Numbered from the stretch's first letter, positions 35,473-46,321 are shown. The stretch is DNA of 64,000 bases from an uncultured Nitrospinota bacterium (GCA_963707985.1 CAVPRW010000023.1:160001-224000), one strand, 5' to 3'. Numbers and translations are program-made. Notes: generated by a model not told the origin, from the sequence alone.

Positions 35473-35584
35473 TCATTGCTCCATCGATTCCCTATGCGAC
35501 CGCGTGCCATTGAACCAGACCATCCCCCAGCATGGTGGGAAAGCTATGCCTACATCACGAGATCAGTCGGCTTGCCACAGGCGC

Positions 35585-36770
35585 TTAGCACCCGTCCAGC
35601 TCGGCCAGCGCCGCCGCGGCGTCGGGGAGCCAAAAGGTCATCGCCATCGTCCGATACTGCTCGACGGCGGTGGACAGGTCGGCGCGAGCCTCGGCGCGGC
35701 GTCCGACCATGGCATAAAGCCTGCCGAGGCTAAGGTGGCAATGGGCCTGGAGCGGGCGCATGCCCAGTTCCTCGGCCAGGGCGAGGGCCTGACGGAAGTG
35801 GGTTTCGGCTTCTTCGACATGCGGGGGTTTGCGACGTGCGGCACTCTCGCCGAGGAGGCGCAGGGCATAGGCCTGGTAGCCCCGTTCCTGGCGCTGACGG
35901 GTGAGTGCCAGCGTGCGCTCGGCAAGGGTGTGCGCCTCCCCCAGGCTGCCAGCCAGCAGGTGCACTTCCCCTAAAGAAAGATGACAGAGCGACTGATAGA
36001 CTACCGTTTCCATGGCAATGGTTTGTTCCATCGCCTGTGTGAGCAGTGGCATGGCATCGGCGACGCGCCCACCCATGGTGTATGCCGCACCCAAAGCTAC
36101 AGCAACCCCGAGGAAATAGACCGGCAAGTCCGCGTCTTGACAGATGCTCCTGGCCCGTTCGAGCCGGAGGAGCGCCCTGGGCAGGTCGCCGTGGCGTAGG
36201 GCCAGCAGACCCAGCCCCCACGAGGCAACCACAAGGCTCACAGGGTGATCGGCCGCCTCGGCGATCCGTAGCCCTACGTCCCCAAGGGCCCTGCCCTCGG
36301 CGAACGTGCCGAGTTCAGCATGGCACCGGGCGAGCTGGGCACGGGCGCCCACGGCGGGTATAGTGGCTTGACCGAAGCGCTCGTGGGGTCGCACCCCGTC
36401 GAAGACTGCCGCGGCCTTCCCGCAGCAGTCGATCGCCCGACGATAGTCGCCCTGGGCCTGGTAGGCAAGGCCGAGGTTGCGGTTCGCCAGCGCGTGCAGG
36501 ACGGCATCCCCGCTGGCTATGGCGAGTGCCAGGACGCGCTGGGCCGAGCCTATGGCCTGGTCATGCACACCCCTGTTGTGGAAATAGACGGAGAGAAAGC
36601 CCAAGATTTGTCCCAGCCGACGCGGGTCATTGAGGGCCGCCGCAAGGGTTTCGGCCTCGCGCAGGTAGGCCAGGATTCGCTCAAGGTCGCCAGATGGCAG
36701 GAGCGCCGAGCGCAGCGCGAGGCGCAAATCGATGGCCTGCTCGCGCCTGTCGCGCGTCTCCGGCAGCTGC
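35585..36770 (-). pseudogene. C-terminal TPR region of an adenylate-cyclase/AAA-TPR protein (5' lost)
   Basis: REQAIDLRLALRSAL, QERGYQAYALRLLGE, AEELGMRPLQAHCH, MAMTFWLP. Confidence 0.75.
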
Positions 36771-37105
36771 GAGCGAACCGTCTTGAGACGGCACGCGAGC
36801 TCCGCAGGGCAGGCAGCAAAGACGCGGCATTCCTCTTGCTGTGGGTTTCGATTGAGGCCCTCCTCAGACAGATTGCGACTCACGAAGGTCTTCCTCTCGA
36901 ACGCATGCCCTCGTCCGCTCTCCTGAAAGAACTGTTTTCGCTAGGCATCCTTTCCCGAGACAATCTTGAGGTGGCTCAGCGCGCGTTCGCTGTTCGCAGT
37001 GCGCTCGTACATGGTTTTGAGGCGACGGGGCTTGACCAGATGACCGAAGCGGTGGCAGACCTGGCTCAACAATTACTGGCCGAGCTCGATCAGCACGCGG
37101 CGTAA
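36770..37105 (+). pseudogene. 3' fragment of a HEPN-like / REase-AHJR-associated helical protein
   Basis: AAFLLLWVSIEALLR...LFSLGILSR...RSALVHGF (Rx4H-like); no start codon. Confidence 0.5.
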
Positions 37106-37306
37106 GGTCATTGCTTCAGACGAAAGCCCTCTTCATAGACCTCATCCAAGAGGGAGGGTGACAGGTACTCCAAATTAGACATGATAGTCAGGAACCGGTC
37201 CTCTGGCAGGGCCGGTTTTCTGCATACTCGCGTGGGTACACATCGACAAAATCAGACAGAACAGTTATTTTGTCTGATTGGGAAATGAGAGATGACGCCC
37301 AGCGGC

Positions 37307-38221
37307 TTAAGGGGGTGGTGCCGTCAGACTTCCGGTCCCACGCCGAATATCTTCGAGGTACCTCCCGAGGAGAGCTTCAATGCCTCGCTTTCCGCCAATG
37401 GTATCATCGTAGAAGATGACGCGATATCCACTGATGTCGAACGGCAGCTTCTCGATTTGTCGATTCGCCAGAAGGATGGTGGGTTTTTGCAGCGCATGAG
37501 CGTACCCAAGCTCATAGAATACATTCGGATTTGATGGTGTGATCTCGGCTACAATCACATCTGATTCGACAATTCCGCGTATGATATCCTGAAGAATCAC
37601 ACCCGGACGAAACACGTCATCAGCACGGAGGGCGGCAAAGCCCAGCTTGTCTGCTACGGGCTGAATGACTTCCGTGTACAAGCTGTCGTAAGGTTCCCCG
37701 AATTGCATGACGACAAAGATCCGCGATTCAGTGCCTGAGATGTGAAACTTCTCAAATGCCACCTCTGCGGGCCCCCCAGCGAAGAGCCCCACCTGATCCC
37801 CTCGAAGCGGGGACGGAAGTGCGGCCTCCAAGACCCGGACACCATCGACAGACAGTGAAACGTGCTGCCCGGCGACCTCGACCTCCAGGTGATATGGCAC
37901 ACCGGTCCTCAGTAGCGACACCGCCCCTATGGCGCGAATCGTGCGCCAACCGAGGCCGGGAACGAACTCATTGATCATGTATGCATTGCCAGAGCCCCCA
38001 AGACCTATGGAGTAGTAACTTCCCGTCGCCGCATTGTATCCGACCACGACCCGCGCAACCCCTTTGGGGTCCTTGATGGTTGCCTCGACAACGAGGAGGC
38101 CCGAGCGAAATCGTGTTGGCACCAGGCAAATGCCTATAGGCTCCTCACGCTCTTCTGCGCCAAGGAACGTGGCATTTGTTCCATCGATGCGCCAGCGGCC
38201 GGCAATCAAAACAAAATTCAT
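37307..38221 (-). CDS. ConA/DUF1080-like beta-sandwich fused to a nucleoside 2-deoxyribosyltransferase-like domain
   Basis: YHLEVEVAGQHVSLSVDG..QVGLF; FVVMQF..RADD..SDVIVAEITPSNPNVFYELGYAHAL..LPFDISGYRVIFY. Confidence 0.75.
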   Translation of the reverse strand: MNFVLIAGRWRIDGTNATFLGAEEREEPIGICLVPTRFRSGLLVVEATIKDPKGVARVVVGYNAATGSYYSIGLGGSGNAYMINEFVPGLGWRTIRAIGAVSLLRTGVPYHLEVEVAGQHVSLSVDGVRVLEAALPSPLRGDQVGLFAGGPAEVAFEKFHISGTESRIFVVMQFGEPYDSLYTEVIQPVADKLGFAALRADDVFRPGVILQDIIRGIVESDVIVAEITPSNPNVFYELGYAHALQKPTILLANRQIEKLPFDISGYRVIFYDDTIGGKRGIEALLGRYLEDIRRGTGSLTAPPP

Positions 38222-38427
38222 AGCTCCCTCCATTCGTCTAATAATCGGCGCGCAGGTGCATCAGAACCGAAAACCTCACAAAACCTTCATAACATGATGG
38301 GTCACAAGCACGTTAGCCGAATCTCACAATCTTCGAATGCTGCTCGAGCCATGGAAAGGTAATATTGTTTGCTAGGAGCTTAATATGACACCTTACACGT
38401 CGGGCCATGCTCCGGACGGTGCTTGCT

Positions 38428-39426
38428 TCATGTCAAAATAATCCGTTCCACCTCATCAAGCGTGATCTCGTCTTTCCTTCGGTCATAGAGCCCCGTGGTT
38501 CGAGATGACTCATGTGCTGCCATGTGCTGTGCGTGTTCGAGCTTGCCGCCATGTAACAGATACTGCGTGATTCCCGTGGCCCGAAACGTGTGGCAGCCGA
38601 TGGGGGAGAGGATGCCGGCCGCACGAGCTCGGCGTTTGACCATGCGAAACGCATCAATGCGGTGCATGCGTTTATCCGTCAAGCGTCCTGTCCGCCTCAT
38701 CGCCGAGCGAAACAGCGGCGTGCCTTTCTCGTGGCCCATCCCCATCGCGTCCCGGTATGCATCCAAATTATCCTCAAGCTCGTGATGACAGGGGAGGGTA
38801 TGCTCCTTGCCGCCTTTTTCATGGAGTCGCACCCACAGGCGCTTGCCTTGCTCATACACGTCTTCACCATTCATCTGCACCGCGGCCGACACGCGCGCAA
38901 AGGTATAGACCAGGAGGGAAATGAGGGCGCGATCGCGTAAGCCCACAAGCGTATCCGTCTTGATACTGTCAATTAGCACGCGCGCTTCTTCGCCCAAGAG
39001 CACGGGCGTTTTGCCTTTCTTCACGACATATGTGGGCCCGCGCACGGCACTGGCCGGATTGGACGACACGATCTGCCCGATGACGAGCCAATCAAATAGC
39101 ATCCGGATCGCGGCCAGGTGCTGCTTGACCGATGGGGGCGCATGGGTGTTGCCGAGCCGCTCCACGTAGCCGGCCACATGATGCGAGCGGATCTCCGACA
39201 ACGCGTGAATCTTGCGCCGCTGGCACCACAGGAAAAACGCGCACACGTCCTGAAAGTAGGCGGCTCGGGTGTTCGGGTTTCTGATGTGGGCCGCGAAAAA
39301 TTCGAGGAACCGGTAGGTCCCGTGCTCGCCGGACGACAGGACCAGCGCCGGCATGGCGCCTAACCCCGGTGCGACCGGTAATGTTTCCTCATCATTGCCA
39401 GTAAAAAATTGGAGGTCGTTGGTCAT
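38428..39426 (-). CDS. Tyrosine recombinase (transposon/plasmid resolvase-like, not IntI)
   Basis: IRNPNTRAAY, LRDRALI..TFARVS, HEKGGK, CHTFRATG, AHESSRTTGLYD. Confidence 0.92.
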   Translation of the reverse strand: MTNDLQFFTGNDEETLPVAPGLGAMPALVLSSGEHGTYRFLEFFAAHIRNPNTRAAYFQDVCAFFLWCQRRKIHALSEIRSHHVAGYVERLGNTHAPPSVKQHLAAIRMLFDWLVIGQIVSSNPASAVRGPTYVVKKGKTPVLLGEEARVLIDSIKTDTLVGLRDRALISLLVYTFARVSAAVQMNGEDVYEQGKRLWVRLHEKGGKEHTLPCHHELEDNLDAYRDAMGMGHEKGTPLFRSAMRRTGRLTDKRMHRIDAFRMVKRRARAAGILSPIGCHTFRATGITQYLLHGGKLEHAQHMAAHESSRTTGLYDRRKDEITLDEVERIILT

Positions 39427-39431
39427 ACCGT

Positions 39432-39463
39432 TAGTGTAACATAAAGGACGTTATGTTACACTA
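39432..39463. promoter_or_regulatory. Putative recombinase core site: perfect 13-bp arms + 6-bp spacer
   Basis: TAGTGTAACATAA-AGGACG-TTATGTTACACTA, 5 bp upstream of the recombinase start. Confidence 0.8.
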
Positions 39464-39510
39464 GTTTCTTGTCCACAGGGCCTGAAAATGACCACCTCGC
39501 CAAGATTCCC

Positions 39511-39729
39511 GTCACGGTTCGCTCATTTTTTTGACGGTTTTCAACATTTGGCAAAGATGTGAAATCACAGAGTTTTTTCAAAGTTGACGGTCTGTCTGCT
39601 CTTTGCTTGTTCGGTCCCGTAGACCCATCCGTATCCTGTGGCGTGACGGTCAGGTTGTACGAGGGTTCCGAAAATCAACGAGTTATACGGCAATGTTTGG
39701 AACTGGTCAAAAAATGAGCGAACCGTGAG
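39511..39729. mobile_element. 219-bp MITE with 5-bp target duplication
   Basis: TCACGGTTCGCTCA(T7)GAC / GTC(A6)TGAGCGAACCGTGA; TTCCC at 39506-39510 and 39730-39734. Confidence 0.85.
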
Positions 39730-40737
39730 TTCCCATTACGTATATGGCTGCCTAACCCGACCGTATGCAGAGGCACAAACATTTTTGCCGCGCACCCGAT
39801 AGAGGCCCTGCAGGAGCAAACGCGGGAACATTGACGCGAAGCGAGTGGGCAAGAGCCTCTAGATTGTACGCTACCCAGAATGAGTCATGGTGGGTAATAG
39901 GTCTAGATTGATTGTCAAAACTCATGAAGAGGGGAGGATTGCGGGCCTTTGATTTTCGATGGAGTAAAAGAGGGCTTCTTCGTGACGGCATCGCTGATTG
40001 CCAAGTATGGCGGTGCTTCTGGAAAGAAATGGGCCGTTTTTGGCGCGCGGGGGGCGGCTTTAAGAAAAAACGGAAAATGTGCATTCAAGGAAAGTCGTTC
40101 AAGGGCTAACTCTTCCTCGGAAAATCTGTTTCGTAGTTGAGCCACGTGGCATAAAGACATCCGCATCTCGGGCAGCCCTTCATGGGGTTGATCTTTTTCA
40201 CCGGGTCGTATATCGGCTGCCTCCATTTATGCAGGCAGTCGTAATATCGGTAGTGGGCATCAACCATTTCGCTTCTTCTTTCGCTTTGCGGCCATTTCCT
40301 GCCGTGCCCGCTCTTGGAAGCGGGCATATTCCGGGTCTGGTGTATCCGCAAGCCGCCTATACGGATTTGAACGGATTATTCTGCAAAGCGTTCAAGGCGA
40401 CCACGTGAAGGAGACCTTCGAAAGAGTACGTCGCCTTCGGAGCAGCGGGCGATTGTCTCTTGCTTCATATACCGACACCGGCAGACTCTCCTCTGCTGGA
40501 GCGGGTTCACAAAGAAAGAGCTCTGCGAACGCCCCCTGCTGTTTCAGTTACTATTATGGTGCAACCCATGGCAGAAGCTGGTATACATGGTGCGGACTTA
40601 ACGTGACTCAGTTGATCGGTGAAAATTTGTATTAACACTACGACTATCGCGCGTCTGAGGCCTCGTCAGACCTCTGAGTAGAATAGTTACTTGTCAGGCA
40701 GTCGTAGCCGGGGTGGGGACTGGATGGGAGATATGCG

Positions 40738-41178
40738 ATGGACTCAAAAGATCGAGATATCAGTGCTGCCCAGATATTCGAGGATGCAATAAACCAACTG
40801 TTTGAAGTCCACCACCGCGACCAAGGCGGAAGCCGTGGTTCACCGACCCGTGTAATAGAGTTAAATTTAAGTGAAAATCCTGATAGCATTCTAATCAGAG
40901 TGAATATGCAAGGTGTGGTACCCCCCAATTTGGATTTCACCAGTGCGATAATTAATAAACGTGGCATTGTTCAAGATGCTTTATCACAATTCAGTGTCGG
41001 TGATCTTAATGCTATCATCACAATGTGTTCCTACGCATCACACGGTGGTGAACTACACATAAATATTCCTGTTAGTGGTGGCACTGATACCTTTTGTCGC
41101 CTTGGTTTAGCTGGTGATAGCAGCACCCATGCACCACGGCCTCCTCAACCTCCTCGTACGGGTTTTACCGCCACCTAG
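40738..41178 (+). CDS. Hypothetical protein (AT-rich)
   Basis: 146-aa ORF with upstream purine-rich RBS; co-oriented with the next gene. Confidence 0.5.
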   Translation: MDSKDRDISAAQIFEDAINQLFEVHHRDQGGSRGSPTRVIELNLSENPDSILIRVNMQGVVPPNLDFTSAIINKRGIVQDALSQFSVGDLNAIITMCSYASHGGELHINIPVSGGTDTFCRLGLAGDSSTHAPRPPQPPRTGFTAT

Positions 41179-41205
41179 GCCCCTGAAGAGTGAGGATGGA
41201 AAGAA

Positions 41206-42194
41206 ATGTTTTCAGAACTCCCCAAGCTTTTGGATCGAAACTTTGCTATCGGGTATTTTTTACCAGCGGTAACATTCCTCGCAGTGAGTGGCTATCTATT
41301 GACAAAATTTAAGCTCATTCAACTGCTCTTACTAAGTCAGACTGATATTCTGGTGGGTACTACTATTGCTGGGTTGATATCGTGGCTTGGTGGCATATTC
41401 CTCCTTGCAGCAAACTGGCGCATAATACGGCTTATGGAAGGATATGGGAAACTCAATCCGTTAGGTATTTTTAAGGGGATTGAAAAGCGACGGTATAGAA
41501 AACTTCATAACGCTATATCAGAATTGAAAAAAAAGTAAAAGCATATGTCGATCAAGAACCTCCAGAAGAGCTTTTAAATGCCTATGATAAACTGCTGGAA
41601 AAAGCCGCGAAGCGGTTTCCTGACAGGGAAGATCTTGTTCTTCCGACCTCATTTGGGAATATTGTCCGATCCTTCGAGGTATATTCTCGTGTGATGTATG
41701 GGTTTGAGGCAATTGAAGGTTGGGAGAGATTAACTGCAGTGATTCCGAAAAGTTATATGGAAGTGGTCAATACTGTTCAAGCAGAAACCAATTTTTGGGT
41801 GAATTTAGGTTTTATTAGCATCCTACTATTATTTGAATATATTGGGATAGTCATATACACCCGACAATTTGAGCTATATTGGTTTCCTATATTGCCTATT
41901 GTGGTGGGACTGATCGCATTATCGACTGCAAAAACTTCTGCCCATGGATGGGGTGTAACAGTAAAAGCAGCAGTCGATCTTTTTCTGCCTGACCTTTGCA
42001 CTAAACTACAATTCTTGCCTCCCCTGACTAAGGATCAAGAGCGGCAGCTGTGGACCCAGTATAGCCAAGCAATTCTCTACAACTTGCCTGATTTAATGCC
42101 GCGGCGAGTTCAGCCACAAGCTGGAATGAGCACCATTAGAGACACTGTTGTTCGGGACAATGAAGACCTTCATAAGGGATCATTACCCTCTTAG
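41206..42194 (+). pseudogene. Multi-TM hypothetical membrane protein, frameshifted at an A8 tract (41527-41534)
   Basis: Two TM-rich ORFs (41206-41538, 41691-42194) linked by coding-like sequence (RFPDREDLVLPTSFGNIVRSFEVYSRVMYG). Confidence 0.65.
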
Positions 42195-42929
42195 ATTGAG
42201 GAGGAACTCCAGGAAAGTATACGTATAGTAGGTCCTCTACGTGGACGACGTTCGTTCGAGAAGGTTACTTTCTCCTGAGAAAGTAACCTTTGAGCAAGAA
42301 GGTCATCTTAACGTTGTGATGAGAAGCGTCGGCGGCACGACCAATGCCCCGGCGCTTCGTTCTTTCTAGCAGGCCTATTGGTGAGGTCAACACAAATTGT
42401 ATGAAAGGCACGCCAAAAACGCTTGAGTAACAGTGGGGGTCAGGAGTTTTGGCGGGGTCTGCCAGAATGCGCCGAAAACGAGGGTTTTGGCGGTGTGTAA
42501 ACCGAATGCGCCAAAAAGGACCCCTTTTTTTAGCCTGGTCTAGTACCGATAACATGCTTTTATCAAGAGTAACGAGGGCCATCAACAAGTTCCTCACCCG
42601 GGCCGACGGGTTGGCGCAATCCCCCAAATCGTCGGCACTGTTTTTAAGCGGATTCAGCTCAGGACCGCTGGCAGGATGTCGTACTTTTAGATGGAAAGCG
42701 ACAATTTTCCTCAGATAGTATGTCTCAAAACTCAATCAACACTTAAATATCGGGATTTTGATTTGGAGATGGACTTTGTAGACACTCAACTATCCATCAT
42801 ACCGGCGAAGGGTGTCGGGTGCGCTGCTTGTCCACAAACGAGGGTTTTCGGGAACGTCACTTCTTTGGTGCATCATAGCACTGTCGTACCCTTACCGTAG
42901 GTTTTCGCACGGTTGCGGCCTGGAACCCA

Positions 42930-43025
42930 CGTAGGTCGTAGGCGTCCTGGCGCTTGCCCTGGGACTGCCACAGGCGGGCGAGGCTCATGGTGGCACGCAG
43001 TTCCCAGGCTTTGGCAAATCGCCTC
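42930..43025 (-). pseudogene. Tiny TPR/adenylate-cyclase C-terminal fragment
   Basis: AKAWELRATMSLARLWQSQGKRQDAYDL. Confidence 0.6.
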
Positions 43026-43056
43026 CACAGACCGTTCCCATAGGCTCGAAAAAGCA

Positions 43057-44025
43057 TCAGTCGAGACTGTGATTCGACCGATGATACCGCAGAACAATAT
43101 CGGGGTCGGGTGACAATGCGGTGACCGCATTGTCCTTACCATCGTAAGGGAGGATGGAGAGGAGATAGCGCATGCTCTCCAGACGTGCCTTCTTCTTATC
43201 GTTTGCTTTCACGATGATCCAGGGCGCGTAGGCGGTGTGGGTCTTGCTGAACATCTCCTCTTTGTATTTCGTATATGCGTCCCAGTTTTCCTGTGCCCGA
43301 TCGTCGACCGGACTGATCTTCCACTGCTTGAGGGGGTCCTTCTGTCGTGACTTGAAACGCTCTTTCTGCACCTCTTTCGAGATGGAGAACCAGAATTTGA
43401 TTAATTCGACCCCGTCTTCATAGAGCATGTGTTCGAACTCAGGCACTTGTTGCATGAAGACTTTGTACTGGGTATTGTTACAAAATCCCATCACCGGTTC
43501 GACGACCGCCCGATTATACCAACTGCGATCGAAACAGGTAATCTCGCCGGGGTTGGCCAACTGTGCGGCATAGCGCTGGAAGTACCATTGCCCCTTCTCC
43601 ACTTCGGTCGGCTTGGGCAAGGCCACGACTCGTGCAGTTCGTGGGTTAAGGTGCTCGATGAATCGTCGGATGCTGCCACCTTTCCCCGCGGCATCTCGGC
43701 CTTCAAAGAGGACGACAATACGCCTTCCGGTCAGCTGAACCGTTCGCTGGAGCTTAACCAGCTCAATCTGGAGTTTCTCCAACTCCTGTTCGTATTTAAG
43801 CTTCACAAGGGTTTTGCTGACGTTCATGTTTTTTGTGCTCAGCAACGTCATCAGCCCTTTCTTTGTGTTGACTGACGCAATCTCCTCTGCGGTCAAGCGG
43901 ACATTCTTTTTCAGGGTTCGGCCCACAAGCTTCTCGTTGTCCGTCAGAGCATTATGGTTCCCTCTCTCCTCGTTTAAAACGGATACCGGCTGAGCGCGAT
44001 ACTCAATTCCATTGTTTCCCTTCAT
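43057..44025 (-). CDS. ppk2: Polyphosphate kinase 2
   Basis: FEGRDAAGKGG, GQWYFQRY, FDRSWYNR, DPLKQWKISP. Confidence 0.95.
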   Translation of the reverse strand: MKGNNGIEYRAQPVSVLNEERGNHNALTDNEKLVGRTLKKNVRLTAEEIASVNTKKGLMTLLSTKNMNVSKTLVKLKYEQELEKLQIELVKLQRTVQLTGRRIVVLFEGRDAAGKGGSIRRFIEHLNPRTARVVALPKPTEVEKGQWYFQRYAAQLANPGEITCFDRSWYNRAVVEPVMGFCNNTQYKVFMQQVPEFEHMLYEDGVELIKFWFSISKEVQKERFKSRQKDPLKQWKISPVDDRAQENWDAYTKYKEEMFSKTHTAYAPWIIVKANDKKKARLESMRYLLSILPYDGKDNAVTALSPDPDIVLRYHRSNHSLD

Positions 44026-44251
44026 GATTTTACTCCCTATTCTATGGTCAGGAGCCATTCCTTCATTCATCTTGGGGTCACAGAAGGGACGGTGCGATGC
44101 GAGGCAATAAAGATCGTAACCTATTGAAAATATAAATCTTCGAGAACGCCCTGCAACAGTCGATTTCCTATGGGGCAGGGCACACATCGGGGATTCAGAT
44201 CGTTGAGAATCAATACGTGAGGAATGCCTGGTTCGCTTGTTGCGTCCTATC

Positions 44252-44659
44252 TCACGTTCCCTCCTGCTGGCCCATCTTGGCCCGTGGACAAACGACCACC
44301 TTCATATTGGGATACTGCTCAAACAGCGGTCGAAGCACGGCATCATCTTGGCTGCATAAGGCCACAGACACAACTGAATGGGGATTGAATCGCTGGACTA
44401 ACTGGGCTGAAAAGAAGGCTTGCCCCATGAGGTACATGCCCAGACGGCTCGCCTTCGTCTGGATCACGATGACGTCCTTACCCGCAAGGGATACCTCTGA
44501 TCGCGGCGCAATCCTGAATTCACCATCGAGGACAATAAGACCATCTAACACACGCCGCCCGCACTGTGATGTCCCGTCAACGGCAACAAACTCCTCGATC
44601 AGGGTGCCACCGACCTGTTGCCAATACCAGCGGGTCATCGGGGTCTCGTGCTTGCTCAT
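44252..44659 (-). CDS. PD-(D/E)xK-like hypothetical protein, cassette-borne
   Basis: LIEEF..RRVLDGLIV..VIVIQTK..LMGQAFF; starts just after the attC GTTAGCC. Confidence 0.6.
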   Translation of the reverse strand: MSKHETPMTRWYWQQVGGTLIEEFVAVDGTSQCGRRVLDGLIVLDGEFRIAPRSEVSLAGKDVIVIQTKASRLGMYLMGQAFFSAQLVQRFNPHSVVSVALCSQDDAVLRPLFEQYPNMKVVVCPRAKMGQQEGT

Positions 44660-44674
44660 GACTCAACCTTTAGG

Positions 44675-44739
44675 GGCTAACGTGCCCGAGTTCAGGGCGC
44701 TGCGCATGCGCGGCACCCCACTGGAACGACATGTGAGGC
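44675..44739 (-). other. attC site (minus-strand array) with a mutated R'' box
   Basis: Minus strand: GCCTCAC..GTTCCAG..GTGCCGCGCATGCGCAGCGC..CTGAAC..GTTAGCC; the cassette begins GTTAGGC at 45323. Confidence 0.7.
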
Positions 44740-45267
44740 CAAGCTGTTCACCCTCACGCGCATGAGTGCCCAAGCGTCCTTGTATGGCGCGAGCTCATCG
44801 AGTGGCACATTGACTGCCATGTTGCCCAGCTTCCGCTGCCCACCCGTTCTGAGCGGCCGGTTGTCTTCGCGTTGCACGGCGTCGATATAAACGCGGTTGG
44901 CTACTTCACGTGGCACGACATAGAACGTGAGATGCTCGAACCCAAGGGAACCATCATGCTGGTGCGTGCTAGCAGCCTGTCGGTCAAGGTTGACGAACAC
45001 GACAAAGTCGGCGACGAACTTCTCTGCTGTCAGGTCACATTCCCCCGCGCACTGAGTCAGGTAAACCTGATCTCGCGCGGGGCTGTAGCCGGTTTTCACC
45101 TGAACGAGCAGTTTTCGTGTTGGGTCGTCGGTGTCGATGATCAGGTCGCTTCCGGCGAAGTTGGCTCTCAGTCCCGCAGTGTTATATGCAGGGATGCCAT
45201 GCATCCAGCATTTGGCGGTCGCTGCCGCTTCGCCGATTTTGCCATGAGATTGCGTTTTTCTTAGCAC
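44692..45267 (-). CDS. PD-(D/E)xK endonuclease-like protein, cassette-borne
   Basis: GKIGEAAA..G..NFAGSDLII..LLVQVKTG..DFVVFVNL. Confidence 0.65.
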   Translation of the reverse strand: MLRKTQSHGKIGEAAATAKCWMHGIPAYNTAGLRANFAGSDLIIDTDDPTRKLLVQVKTGYSPARDQVYLTQCAGECDLTAEKFVADFVVFVNLDRQAASTHQHDGSLGFEHLTFYVVPREVANRVYIDAVQREDNRPLRTGGQRKLGNMAVNVPLDELAPYKDAWALMRVRVNSLASHVVPVGCRACAAP

Positions 45268-45316
45268 GTCGTATTGCTCATTCCCTGCGATTATATCGCA
45301 ATGTGCATCGGTCGGG

Positions 45317-45587
45317 GCCTAACCATTGATTAACAGGCCATTTTGCCCTGATAAGGCGATATTGGCGGGGTTTTCGGGCAGTTTTGCCCGATGCTTGTTA
45401 GCAACGCTCATAGGGCACCATGACAACATCAACCTTGTATCCCTGATACGAGCCGCAGTCAACCACTCCAACCCCTGCAATGAAGTCCAAACGTGCTGTG
45501 AGGGAAGGCCGCTGTCGCAAAAAAGGGTTGTTTTCGGGATGGGTGAGATTGTCCCAAAAACGGAGGGTTTTCGGGACTGAGCCATGC
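45317..45587 (-). repeat. Non-coding module copy 1: palindromic site + promoter + attI-like site
   Basis: Highly similar to 46322-46567; minus strand ends GGGCAAAATGGCCTGTTAATCAATG-GTTAGGC; contains TTGACT-N17-TACAAG. Confidence 0.7.
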
Positions 45588-45638
45588 CTCTGCTTCCCAC
45601 CAAAGCGCACTGCGGCCTAGGGCCATGTCCAGGACGCG

Positions 45639-46145
45639 CTACTTGGGGAGGACCAGCAGCGTGCCCTGCATGTTGGGCAGGTGCTTGGTGCACATCACGG
45701 CGTAGAGACCCGGCTTGCCCGCTGTGAAACTCACGCGCGTAATTTGCCCGCGTTTCACGGTGAACGATGCCACATGGTCTTGAATAGTCGCGGGGTGTTC
45801 ATCACCGTTGATCCCCACGACCTCCAGCGTCACGGCCTCGCCCTCTTTGACCACGAGGGTGCCCGGCGACCACTGATAGGCCGATACCTCCCAGCGGCCG
45901 CTGGGGTTTGGCGGGGTCTTGCTGTACCCACTGCCTGGCGGGAGCGGTGCCTCCGGATACGCTTCTTTGTCCTGTTGCGCTCCGCCTTTCATCTCCACCG
46001 CCGCCATGTAGATCACGCGTCCTCCCGATTGGGCCCAGAGGGCATCAGCCCCGCCTACGACGAATGCCACCAGGGCAGCCAGCCCCACCAGGGCCGTCAC
46101 ACGGCGGCGCCAGCCCCTTCGTCCCACAACCTTCACGGGTATCAT
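45639..46145 (-). CDS. Secreted cupredoxin-domain protein
   Basis: Signal/TM segment, WSPGTLVVKEGEAVTL, GDEHP, GLYAVMCTKHLPNMQGTL (Cu ligands H/C/H/M); start uncertain. Confidence 0.75.
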   Translation of the reverse strand: MIPVKVVGRRGWRRRVTALVGLAALVAFVVGGADALWAQSGGRVIYMAAVEMKGGAQQDKEAYPEAPLPPGSGYSKTPPNPSGRWEVSAYQWSPGTLVVKEGEAVTLEVVGINGDEHPATIQDHVASFTVKRGQITRVSFTAGKPGLYAVMCTKHLPNMQGTLLVLPK

Positions 46146-46321
46146 GTCACACGCCCTCCTCCCACGCTGTCGGATGTCATGGCGCAGGTGGTGGATCGAG
46201 GTCACCCTCACCAACCGTTGTGCACAGCCCTCTGCGCCATGGTCGCTTGCGCTATGCTCCCCTATGATGCGCCATGGCGTCTTGGCCGGTGAACGCATGG
46301 TATCGCCCTCCTTGTGTTGAC

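Noticed and set aside
38428..39426. Tyrosine recombinase as the integron integrase for the arrays
   Set aside because: No IntI-specific insertion is evident, no attI/cassette is adjacent, and it has its own palindromic site.
39750..40640. Short ORFs between the MITE and the AT-rich island
   Set aside because: No recognisable motifs or consistent coding strand; left unannotated.
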